The position numbers and the translations under genes were made by a program. A stretch of 25,904 nt of DNA, taken from positions 1 through 25,904 of IMG/VR virus record IMGVR_UViG_3300008740_000043; one strand, written 5' to 3'. The stretch's first letter is position 1, and each line of letters opens with the position of its first letter. This stretch comes from a virus. Its lineage: Duplodnaviria > Caudoviricetes. The notes under the pieces are model-generated. The model ran no database searches. It was not told where the DNA came from and was given only the letters and a program-made list of their open reading frames with translations. Shown here one piece after another: positions 14,911 to 23,219 of the stretch.

Positions 14911-15825
14911 ATGGTAACGGCACATAATATCACTACTAAGAAAGATATTGTAAAACCACTACAGTATATTCAAGAAACAACTAACACATTAACTACACCA
15001 ACTGCATACGGAACTACACCAACATCTAGTCCTACATTTGTAGCAGCAGGACTTAACACAGAAATCACATTAAACCCAGATGTTGTACACCAAGATGTTG
15101 ACGTTCTAGGATCAGAAGATGTTGTTGACGCTGTAAAAACAGGAGAATTATATACATTTACAACAAGATTTAATCCAACAGATTCAGTATTACTAAATTA
15201 CGGTTTAGTATCTGGAGCAGGAACAGGAACTATTGACGCTTCACTATCATTCATATTTTCAGAGAAATTAGATAACACAGAATATTTCACTATTTTAAAA
15301 GGTTGTTTACCAACTTCTACAACTCTATCATTAGAGAGAGGAACTTGGAACGCAGATATGACTTGGATTTGTAAAGAAATCACAACCCCTGCAACCTCAC
15401 ATGGTTTAACTAACCCAACATTTGTATCAATTCCTACAGCAAGTCCATTAACTCACACTGACGCAGGATCTGACCCTTTCACATGGAACTCTGTAGCAAC
15501 ACCTGAAAGAAGATTCTCAACAACTGTAACAAGAGAAACATCTGTCCTATCAGTAAACGGAGAAGATAAAATTACTTATGCAAAACCAACCTCAAGAAGA
15601 ATTGAGTTCAGTGTTGACGCATTTGTAAAGAATACGACATTCATGACTGACTTTAAAGCAAAGACAGCAAGAGCAGCAACATACAAATTCTCATCTAGTC
15701 CAAGCAAGACTTTAACCTACTCAAATTGTGTAATCACAGGTTGGTCAAGTGCTAGAAGTGCAACTACAACTGACGCATTTGTAGAAAGCGTTAATGTAAG
15801 AGCAGAAGGCTTAACCATAGCATAA
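14911..15825 (+). CDS. Major tail tube protein
   Basis: Thr/Ser-rich beta protein of 304 aa, N-terminal YIQET...YGTTP, immediately upstream of the frameshifting chaperone gene. Confidence 0.78.
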   Translation: MVTAHNITTKKDIVKPLQYIQETTNTLTTPTAYGTTPTSSPTFVAAGLNTEITLNPDVVHQDVDVLGSEDVVDAVKTGELYTFTTRFNPTDSVLLNYGLVSGAGTGTIDASLSFIFSEKLDNTEYFTILKGCLPTSTTLSLERGTWNADMTWICKEITTPATSHGLTNPTFVSIPTASPLTHTDAGSDPFTWNSVATPERRFSTTVTRETSVLSVNGEDKITYAKPTSRRIEFSVDAFVKNTTFMTDFKAKTARAATYKFSSSPSKTLTYSNCVITGWSSARSATTTDAFVESVNVRAEGLTIA

Positions 15826-15838
15826 GGCTTATAAAGGC

Positions 15839-15859
15839 TTAATAATTATTAGTTATTAA
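15839..15859. promoter_or_regulatory. 21-bp palindromic operator-like site, copy 3
   Basis: TTAATAATTATTAGTTATTAA (1 central mismatch) between TTATAAA (15829-15835) and ATG 15859. Confidence 0.55.
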
Positions 15860-16224
15860 TGGAAGTTGATTTAGAAAACGGCAAGGTTATTGTCCGCGAC
15901 GACCTCATTTATGAGTTTAGAGAATTAGTAACACGTAAAGATTTACAAGTAATAAGGGATCTTAGAAAAAAACACTCTGAATTAGAAGAGAAAGGTGTTG
16001 AGAGTATATCACAAGATGATATGGAAAAACTCGAAGATGAATGGTATAACACAGTATTACCACTAGGATTAAAAGACTTTAAAAAAGATGATATAGATAA
16101 TCTCACAGAAGGGGAATTAAGAGAATTAGCAGCTTCTACGTTTGTTTTTTTAACAAAATTTGGGTCGACCGCTTTGGCGAAGCAGTTCGCTATTGCTACG
16201 AAGGAGATCCAAAAGAACGACTAG
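15859..16224 (+). CDS. Tail assembly chaperone (lambda gpG-like)
   Basis: Acidic 121 aa after the tail tube; contains the slippery T TTT TTA at 16146-16152. Confidence 0.78.
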   Translation: MEVDLENGKVIVRDDLIYEFRELVTRKDLQVIRDLRKKHSELEEKGVESISQDDMEKLEDEWYNTVLPLGLKDFKKDDIDNLTEGELRELAASTFVFLTKFGSTALAKQFAIATKEIQKND

Positions 16225-16424
16225 AGGCGTTCAAAGACTTTCCTGAACTAAAGAATATAGTCTTAATTCTTAACTCTATCAATCTAGGTTTTGGGAGCTT
16301 ACGTGATGTATTAGACATTAAAGACAAATATGGCGAAAAATTCCTTACTGAATTAGGCACAGTTCAAAAAATCATAAATACTTTACAAGAACAAGATAGT
16401 CGTAATTCACATAGAGTTGGCTAG
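15859..16424 (+). CDS. Tail assembly chaperone -1 frameshift product (gpGT-like, about 188 aa)
   Basis: The -1 frame is open from the slippery site to TAG 16422-16424 (NKIWVDRFGEAVRYCYEG...SHRVG*) and fills the gap to the next gene. Confidence 0.78.
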
Positions 16425-17055
16425 CGGAATTAAATGGACAGGAATTAAAGAGTATAAGCAAAAGCTTATGTCATTACAGAAAGCAAAGACACGTTATGAG
16501 AAAGAATATCTTAAAATTTTAGAAAATTTAACATTAAAAATGATTAAACAGGCTGCTCCTAAAGATACAGGAGAGTATGCTAACTCATGGACAGTTGTTC
16601 AGAGGGGTGCAAAGTTTATTGTTATAGATACAAGCATGCCTGATTTATTTAATTGGTTAGAGAATGGTACTAGACCACATAAAATTAGAGCAAAATCAAC
16701 AGATTTTCTGTCTTTTGGCGGAATATTCAGAAAGGAAGTAGATCACATGGGTACACAACCACGACCACATATTATACATGTAGTAAATCAACTAGATAAA
16801 ATTATGAAAGATGTCATGCACGTTCAGATGAGGAAACATAACAGATTATTTAATCATATTTCAACAACAGGTGGTGTACCAAAAACCTCAAACCTTACAA
16901 AAACCGTAGGTCTTACAGGAACTAAAGTTTCTAGCCTTCGAGGAAGGGGTAAAATCACAATGGTTAGGGCTAGAACAGGTAGAAAACAGTTCAAAAGAAG
17001 ACTTGGAAGACGTAGAAGAACAGGTCAATGGATTAAAAGAGCTCAAGCAAATTAG
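16417..17055 (+). CDS. HK97 gp10-like neck/tail-completion protein with an Arg-rich C-terminal extension
   Basis: APKDTGEYANSW, WLENGTRPHKI and HMGTQPRPHI motifs. Confidence 0.78.
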   Translation: MASGIKWTGIKEYKQKLMSLQKAKTRYEKEYLKILENLTLKMIKQAAPKDTGEYANSWTVVQRGAKFIVIDTSMPDLFNWLENGTRPHKIRAKSTDFLSFGGIFRKEVDHMGTQPRPHIIHVVNQLDKIMKDVMHVQMRKHNRLFNHISTTGGVPKTSNLTKTVGLTGTKVSSLRGRGKITMVRARTGRKQFKRRLGRRRRTGQWIKRAQAN

Positions 17056-17061
17056 TTCCCT
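17053..17061 (+). promoter_or_regulatory. Late-promoter motif copy (TAGTTCCCT)
   Basis: TTC at 17056, 31 nt before ATG 17087. Confidence 0.7.
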
Positions 17062-17086
17062 TTATGATTAGTGAGTAGTAATATAC

Positions 17087-18184
17087 ATGGCACGTAACGA
17101 GATTTCTAGGCTAACAATATCCATAGATATTGATAAAGCAACAGGTAAAATTGTATCTTTTAATCAAAAGATTGGAGAAACTGAACGTAAAGTTAGATCA
17201 GCAGGAAATGCCATGCAACAAACAGGCACACAAGCTGGTCGTATGGGAGATCAAGCAGCAGCAGGCGCAGTTGGCTTTCAAACTATGGCACAGGGTATGC
17301 TTAACGTTACAACTTCAGCAGCCCAAACTTATACCTCATTTACAAACTTAGCTTCAGCAGAACACAGAGTAGCAACTGCACATATTGGTGTGGCAAGAGC
17401 TCAAGATTTACTTAATGCTAAACAATTAAGATATGATGAATTAGTAGCAAAAGGTTTAGGAAACTCACAAAAAGCATTAAACTTACAAAATGAATTAAGA
17501 ACCGCAACAGCAGATCATACAGCAAAATTAGAAAAACTTAGAATTGAAAAATCAAAACTTAATGATGTTTATATATTATTTGGTGTTAACTTATTAAACG
17601 TAGCAGTATCATTAGGTACTACAATATCTGCTATGAAAATGGCAGGGATTGGTACAGCGGGTTTAACTGCTGCACAAAAAGGATTGAATTGGCAAACAAC
17701 AGGTTTGTTATCAAAAACAGCCATGATACCCGCAGTAATGACAGCAGCAGGCAGAGCTGAACTCGCAAAAGCGTTTGCTACAAGAACATTAACTGGTGCA
17801 GTTAGAGGTTTGTATTTAGCACTCGGTCCGGTGGGTTGGGCAATAGCTGGTGTAACTACATTATTAGCAACATGGGATATGCACTTAGGTAAAGTCTTTG
17901 GTTCATTAGATGAGATAGGCAGAGGAATATTCGGAATGTCCGACGCATTAGAAGAAGTTGAATCTGAATTAAATACAACAACTGACGCAGTAACAGGTTT
18001 AGATTCATCATTAAAATCTACAGCAGATACAATGAAAAACCAAATACCTGACGGTACTAGAGTCATGGTAAAAGGATTACAAAATGCAATAGATAATGCT
18101 GAAACTTTCCAACAAAAATTATCATTAATTAGAACACAAGCAGAGATACTTAAAAGTTCAGGCGTACTGGCGGATTTTCGTTAG
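17087..18184 (+). CDS. Tape measure protein, short (zero-frame) form
   Basis: Ala/Gln/Thr-rich helical protein with N-terminal LTISID strand, coiled coils and hydrophobic LGPVGWAIAGV segment. Confidence 0.82.
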   Translation: MARNEISRLTISIDIDKATGKIVSFNQKIGETERKVRSAGNAMQQTGTQAGRMGDQAAAGAVGFQTMAQGMLNVTTSAAQTYTSFTNLASAEHRVATAHIGVARAQDLLNAKQLRYDELVAKGLGNSQKALNLQNELRTATADHTAKLEKLRIEKSKLNDVYILFGVNLLNVAVSLGTTISAMKMAGIGTAGLTAAQKGLNWQTTGLLSKTAMIPAVMTAAGRAELAKAFATRTLTGAVRGLYLALGPVGWAIAGVTTLLATWDMHLGKVFGSLDEIGRGIFGMSDALEEVESELNTTTDAVTGLDSSLKSTADTMKNQIPDGTRVMVKGLQNAIDNAETFQQKLSLIRTQAEILKSSGVLADFR

Positions 18185-19791
18185 GGGGCTTAACTAGCCC
18201 CCAAGCAGTAACAGGAACAAGTCCTGCAGGATTTGCAACAGGTTCAACAGGTGGTGGTGTACAAGTACCATCAGAACAAGGTGTACCACAAACAGCAAAA
18301 CCACAAGCAGCACCAACTTCAAGTCCAACTACTTCAGCTCCAACTGCTATATCTGCAAGAGGCGGTGGTGTAGTAAAACCTGTTACAGAACAAGAAGGCG
18401 AAAAACTAAAACAAAAATCACAAGGATTCACATTCACATCAGATACAACATTTTCAAGTGCTGTAATGCAAGGTGTGGACGCAAAACAAAAAAGTGTAGT
18501 CTTTGATCCTTCTACATTAGGTACACAACCACAACAACAACCAACACCTGACTTGAACGCATTTATGGCTATGGCAGATCCATTTACTGCTCAAGGACTT
18601 GCAATTTACGATTCAATGGGAAATAAAGAAAAGACAAAAATATTAGAATCTAAAATATCACAATATAAAGAATCCGACCCTGCTTTAGCACAAAGATACT
18701 TTGACGTTTTAACACAAGTTGTAGCAGAAGAAGTGTTAACACCAAAACAAAAAGAAGAGTTCAAACTTGCTAAAAAAGGATTAAACTTTGGAATAACAAC
18801 TGCTTTCGGAAGGCTACCTAGTGCAATACATGATGGTGTAATAAGTACAGAACTTCTTCAAGATAAATATAAGAAATCAGGTGTAGCACAATTACAACAA
18901 GCCATGATGTTACAACGTGGTACTAATGCAATAAACAAAGAACAACAACTTAGATTCAAAGCAATTACAGAAGGTGGTAAGGTTGTGGAAAAAGGCGGAA
19001 ATCTATACCTTGAAACCAGCTTAGGTCGCGAGTTATTACCCGTTGGAGATGTTATAACAGAACAAGAACAATATTGGGATCCTATATCACAAACAATGAA
19101 AACAAGACAAGTTAACATACCAATTTCAGCATTTAAAGCACGAGAAGAAGAAGCAAGAAAAAGACAACTTGCGTTTGGAGATTCAAGAGGTGTATTAGGT
19201 GGTGGAATATCATTCCAACAAGAACTGTTAGCAGCAGGCGTAGGTGGTGCAGCAAACTTGGCAGTATCACAAGGTCAATCATATTACAGAAATGTTGTGT
19301 ATGGAGAAGCTACAGGTGCTATGGCAAGAAGTCATGCAGCAGCACAAGCATTAGGTAGAGCAACTTGGAACAAAGAACAAAACCAAAATAGAACAGTGAG
19401 AACAGGTGGTAATGGACATGGAATTGTTGCAAGATATAGAGGTGTTGCCATAACAGAAGAAGATCATGCAGCGTTTGAATCATTAGCAAATTCACATAAT
19501 TCTCAAGTTTCAAATTATGGTAGAGAAGCGTTTGATAGAGGCAGGGATATACATTTAGGTTGGCTTGTAAAACAAACAGAAAACAATGCAAGAGCATTAG
19601 CAGCAAGTATATCAGCTAGGATTGCAGCAGAGGAAGCAAAAGTGAAACAATTTAGAGATCAAGGATTAGGTTTATCACAACAAGAAGCATTGAAAGTTTT
19701 AAGAGATAAAGCACAAGGAGAACAAACACTTTCTGATATGTTATTATTTCAACTAAGACTTGAAGCACAAAGTACGGGGGTTGTAACTTGA
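17087..19791 (+). CDS. Tape measure protein, long -1 frameshift form (about 901 aa); includes ORF 18466..19791
   Basis: The -1 frame is stop-free from 18154 to 19791; 18181-18465 encodes a protein-like G/S/T/P/Q linker with genome-typical codons and no ATG. Confidence 0.72.
18172..18202 (+). other. Putative programmed -1 ribosomal frameshift signal
   Basis: G GAT TTT heptamer (18172-18178) in the correct phase, 5-nt spacer, then stem-loop GGGGGCT-TAACT-AGCCCCC (18184-18202). Confidence 0.75.
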
Positions 19792-21485
19792 GCTTAACAC
19801 CAAATTACGATATTAATCCTCTTAGTCCTAAGATTATCATAACTGATAGAACAGGAACGGAGAAATACAGATATGAAACAACAGTAACAACCGCTTCTGT
19901 ATCTCCACAACAGGACTTTACATTATCAGAACTACAAATACATAGTGGTATAAACAGTGATTATGGATATGCAATATTAAAGATAGATGATAGAGATAAT
20001 AACCTTACTGATACAACTACAAAGCTTAGGGATTCAAAGATTGAAAGACAGTGGGATATTCAGATTTATCTAGGTAAATCACAACCTTTACTTCAGCGAT
20101 ATTTTTATGGTAAGATTTATGATGTTGATATTCAAAGACCATTTACAAATAGGCAAACATTAATCATAACTTGTATTGGTTGGGGTGTAACATTAAGGGA
20201 TAGAATTACAAATATTAAGCGTTTTCAGGGAAAGGCAGCAGATGGGGTAACTGTAGATAATACAAATACCACAACCAAAGTAAGTGAATTGGTAAAACAA
20301 GTAGTTACAGATAATGATCATCAGGCAGATCATGGTCTTACAAATGATGATTTAGGTATAACAACAACGGGTGTTAAAGATGTAGATGTTAAACTACCTG
20401 ACTTACAGAAAAATTTTGCAACGTATGCAACAGTTCTATCAGAATTATCATCTAGTGGTAATGTAATGTATGGTGTTGACCCAGATAGAGATTTATTCTT
20501 AAGAGATCCAAACAGTGTGGATTCTGGATTCTTATTTACAAACGACTTGAGTTCATCAGTATCACAAAATTGGGATTCATCAAGAATTGGATATTTAATA
20601 AACGCTAGTCAATCATGGAGAGATTCATCTTATGATGGTGCATATTCTTTCTTACATGGATTAGGTGCAAACACTGTAAAAATAGACACTTCAAAGGTTG
20701 GTTCAGAAAATGCAACGAGGGCTTCAAACGTATCATGGATTGGAATACCATTTACGCCTACAACAGATAATATTGGTAAGATAGCATTAAAGATAGCAAA
20801 AACAGGAACTCCTACTTCCCCTGCAACAATTCAGATTACAGGTATTGATACATCAAATAATAAACCAAAGGTGGATAATTTAAGGAAAAGTATTGTCCTT
20901 GACAGTAAAAGAATACAAGGATTAACAACAAGTGGTGCTTGGGAAGAAATATCATTAGATGAAAAGATTAACGTAGAACCAAACACACCGTTAATGATAG
21001 TTGTTAACCAATATGGAGACGGTAGTAATAACTTTACAATGGATTATCAAACAGGTACAGGTACATTTTATACTTCATCAGATGGAGATACTTGGTCAAG
21101 TGCAACAGGTAGTTTCTCATTTAGAGATTATTCACAAAAAGCCTTACATATTATTCTTGAAAATACTAGGGCAAAGGCAAAATATGGTGTAAGAGAGAAG
21201 GTGGTTAACTTTAATGCGGGTCAAGAAGAAGGTTCTGCAAGAGAAGCGTTAATCAATGCAGGAGAGGTATTAGGTTTAGAAAGAAGGCATTATTCTCAAG
21301 TTACGGTGTCTCCACCAACACTTAGAGTACCACTTGGTCAATTCTGTCGTGTTGTTGACAGTCAAACAGGCTTAAATGTAAAGGCTTCAATTATATCAAT
21401 GGATATACATATGGCTTCTAAATCAGGAATAACTTCTGTTGGGGCAGATCAGGTAATATTAGGATTAGAGGAAGTGCATTATTAG
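19788..21485 (+). CDS. Tail tip/baseplate hub protein with an inserted beta-sandwich domain
   Basis: Follows the TMP; hub-like motifs IQIYLG, FYGKIYDV, ITCIGW, YGVDPDRDLF, KYGVREKV; insert IPFTPTTDNIGKIALKIAKTGTP. Confidence 0.7.
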   Translation: MSLTPNYDINPLSPKIIITDRTGTEKYRYETTVTTASVSPQQDFTLSELQIHSGINSDYGYAILKIDDRDNNLTDTTTKLRDSKIERQWDIQIYLGKSQPLLQRYFYGKIYDVDIQRPFTNRQTLIITCIGWGVTLRDRITNIKRFQGKAADGVTVDNTNTTTKVSELVKQVVTDNDHQADHGLTNDDLGITTTGVKDVDVKLPDLQKNFATYATVLSELSSSGNVMYGVDPDRDLFLRDPNSVDSGFLFTNDLSSSVSQNWDSSRIGYLINASQSWRDSSYDGAYSFLHGLGANTVKIDTSKVGSENATRASNVSWIGIPFTPTTDNIGKIALKIAKTGTPTSPATIQITGIDTSNNKPKVDNLRKSIVLDSKRIQGLTTSGAWEEISLDEKINVEPNTPLMIVVNQYGDGSNNFTMDYQTGTGTFYTSSDGDTWSSATGSFSFRDYSQKALHIILENTRAKAKYGVREKVVNFNAGQEEGSAREALINAGEVLGLERRHYSQVTVSPPTLRVPLGQFCRVVDSQTGLNVKASIISMDIHMASKSGITSVGADQVILGLEEVHY

Positions 21486-22574
21486 ATGAGTATAGACATT
21501 AATAATTATATCAGAAGTGGAAAGTCAACCGATAGACAAACCATAAATAAAATACTGGAAGCCCTTCAGGCAGCAAATCCAGAAGTAGAGCAAGACTCTT
21601 TACAAGAAAAAATTGCATTTAGTCCTGAAATCAGAGATAGAACGTTAACGGATAATTCAGGTGGAGCTGATTCACTAGGTTCACTAACTAAGGATAGAGA
21701 TGATTTTACATTTACTTTAACTCCGGGTTCAAAATCAGCATATCCTGTAACTAATACAACTACAGGAACTATAACATTCCCGTTGACAGATTTAAAGTTT
21801 GGAGCAGAGGGAGTTTTTGACGGAAATACATACATTACTATACCACATAATACTGCACTATCTCCACAAGACGCAAACTTTGGAATGATATTTTGGTTTA
21901 AATCATCACAACAGGGTGGAGCAATATATTCAAAATCAAACATAACAGATTCTGATCCAGATTATGATTCAGATGATTATCTAGCAGCAGATTACTTACA
22001 AGTTCAACCGGCAGAATCGGGAATGGAAGTTATAATAAATCCTGCACAGAATGATAATTTCTCATCAGCAGATTTTGACACAGATAATTTTTCAACATCA
22101 AATGTTCAGAACAGTGTATATGTGGAAATTGAAGATGGAACTGACACAGTATCATTAGACGCTACAACTGCAACTAACATATTTGACGGTAATTGGCACA
22201 GTATATGCGTAAATAGTACGGTGTTATCTGATCCAGATTATTTGGCAGCAAACTATGACGCAGATGATTATGAAACAGTAGTAACAGGAAGTGAGGTTTT
22301 GGAGATATTCTTGGATAAGGTATCATTAGGTAGCACTTCTTCAGCAGTAATAGATAATTTAGATACAACCGTAAACGCTATGATTGGAGCAGATAAATCT
22401 GGAACTAGAACTTTACAGGGTTCATTGGCACATTGGTTCTTTGAATCTAAACCACTATCAACTGCAGAAATAGCCAATTTTCATGATAATGCTAGAATGA
22501 CCACTAAAAATCAACTAAATGCAATCCAATTTATCACAAATGAAGCCGTAAGTGTTAATGATGAGGTTTATTAA
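21486..22574 (+). CDS. LamG/concanavalin A-like minor tail protein with acidic repeats
   Basis: KFG...FDGNTYITIP, IFWFKS, DGNWHSI, IFLDKV and LSTAEIA typical of LamG domains. Confidence 0.72.
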   Translation: MSIDINNYIRSGKSTDRQTINKILEALQAANPEVEQDSLQEKIAFSPEIRDRTLTDNSGGADSLGSLTKDRDDFTFTLTPGSKSAYPVTNTTTGTITFPLTDLKFGAEGVFDGNTYITIPHNTALSPQDANFGMIFWFKSSQQGGAIYSKSNITDSDPDYDSDDYLAADYLQVQPAESGMEVIINPAQNDNFSSADFDTDNFSTSNVQNSVYVEIEDGTDTVSLDATTATNIFDGNWHSICVNSTVLSDPDYLAANYDADDYETVVTGSEVLEIFLDKVSLGSTSSAVIDNLDTTVNAMIGADKSGTRTLQGSLAHWFFESKPLSTAEIANFHDNARMTTKNQLNAIQFITNEAVSVNDEVY

Positions 22575-22583
22575 TACTTCTCT
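22575..22583 (+). promoter_or_regulatory. Late-promoter motif copy (TACTTCTCT)
   Basis: TTC at 22578, 32 nt before ATG 22610. Confidence 0.75.
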
Positions 22584-22609
22584 TTTTAATTTATATGGGA
22601 TAATACATT

Positions 22610-23218
22610 ATGGTCTTTGATACTATTTCAGGGGATTCGGCTTCTACAAGTACCAAATTCGGTGGTACTGCATTAAACAAAATTGGTAATTGGTTAAACG
22701 GTGGTGGTTCAGAAATTGCCTATATTAAAGATGATGATATTGTAATTACAGATCCTTCAACTACAACTAAACGAGTAAGAATAGACGCAGGCACAGTTAG
22801 TGCTTCACAAACTAGAGTATTGAATATGCCTGACAGAGATGTTCATGCTAACGTATTTAATGAAGTCATATTATTGGCTTGTTCAGATGAGACTTCTGAC
22901 CTCACAGTTGGTACAGGAAAAGTTTCGTTCCGTATGCCTTTCGCTATGACAGTAACAGGTGTAAGTGCTTCATGTCAAACAGCTCCCGTAGGAAGTACGA
23001 TTATTGTAGATATTAACGAAGCAGGATCAACCATACTTTCAACAAAATTATCGATTGACGCTTCAGAAAAAACTTCAACCACAGCAGCAAGTGCAGCAGT
23101 CATATCTGATACTGCTTTAGCTTCTGACGCAGAAATAACTGTTGACATTGATCAGATTGGATCATCTACAGCAGGAAAAGGACTTAAAGTAAAGATAGAA
23201 GGATATAGGACTGCTTAA
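22610..23218 (+). CDS. Tail fibre-associated virion protein
   Basis: Ser/Thr/Ala-rich; C-terminal beta-sandwich FRMPFAMTVTGVSAS...TAPVG...IIVDIN...ITVDIDQIGS...GLKV. Confidence 0.65.
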   Translation: MVFDTISGDSASTSTKFGGTALNKIGNWLNGGGSEIAYIKDDDIVITDPSTTTKRVRIDAGTVSASQTRVLNMPDRDVHANVFNEVILLACSDETSDLTVGTGKVSFRMPFAMTVTGVSASCQTAPVGSTIIVDINEAGSTILSTKLSIDASEKTSTTAASAAVISDTALASDAEITVDIDQIGSSTAGKGLKVKIEGYRTA

Positions 23219-23219
23219 A

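Noticed and set aside
18466-19791. Stand-alone 441-aa gene
   Set aside because: No late motif at the expected spacing, the frame is open about 100 codons upstream, and a frameshift signal joins it to the TMP; independent initiation is not fully excluded
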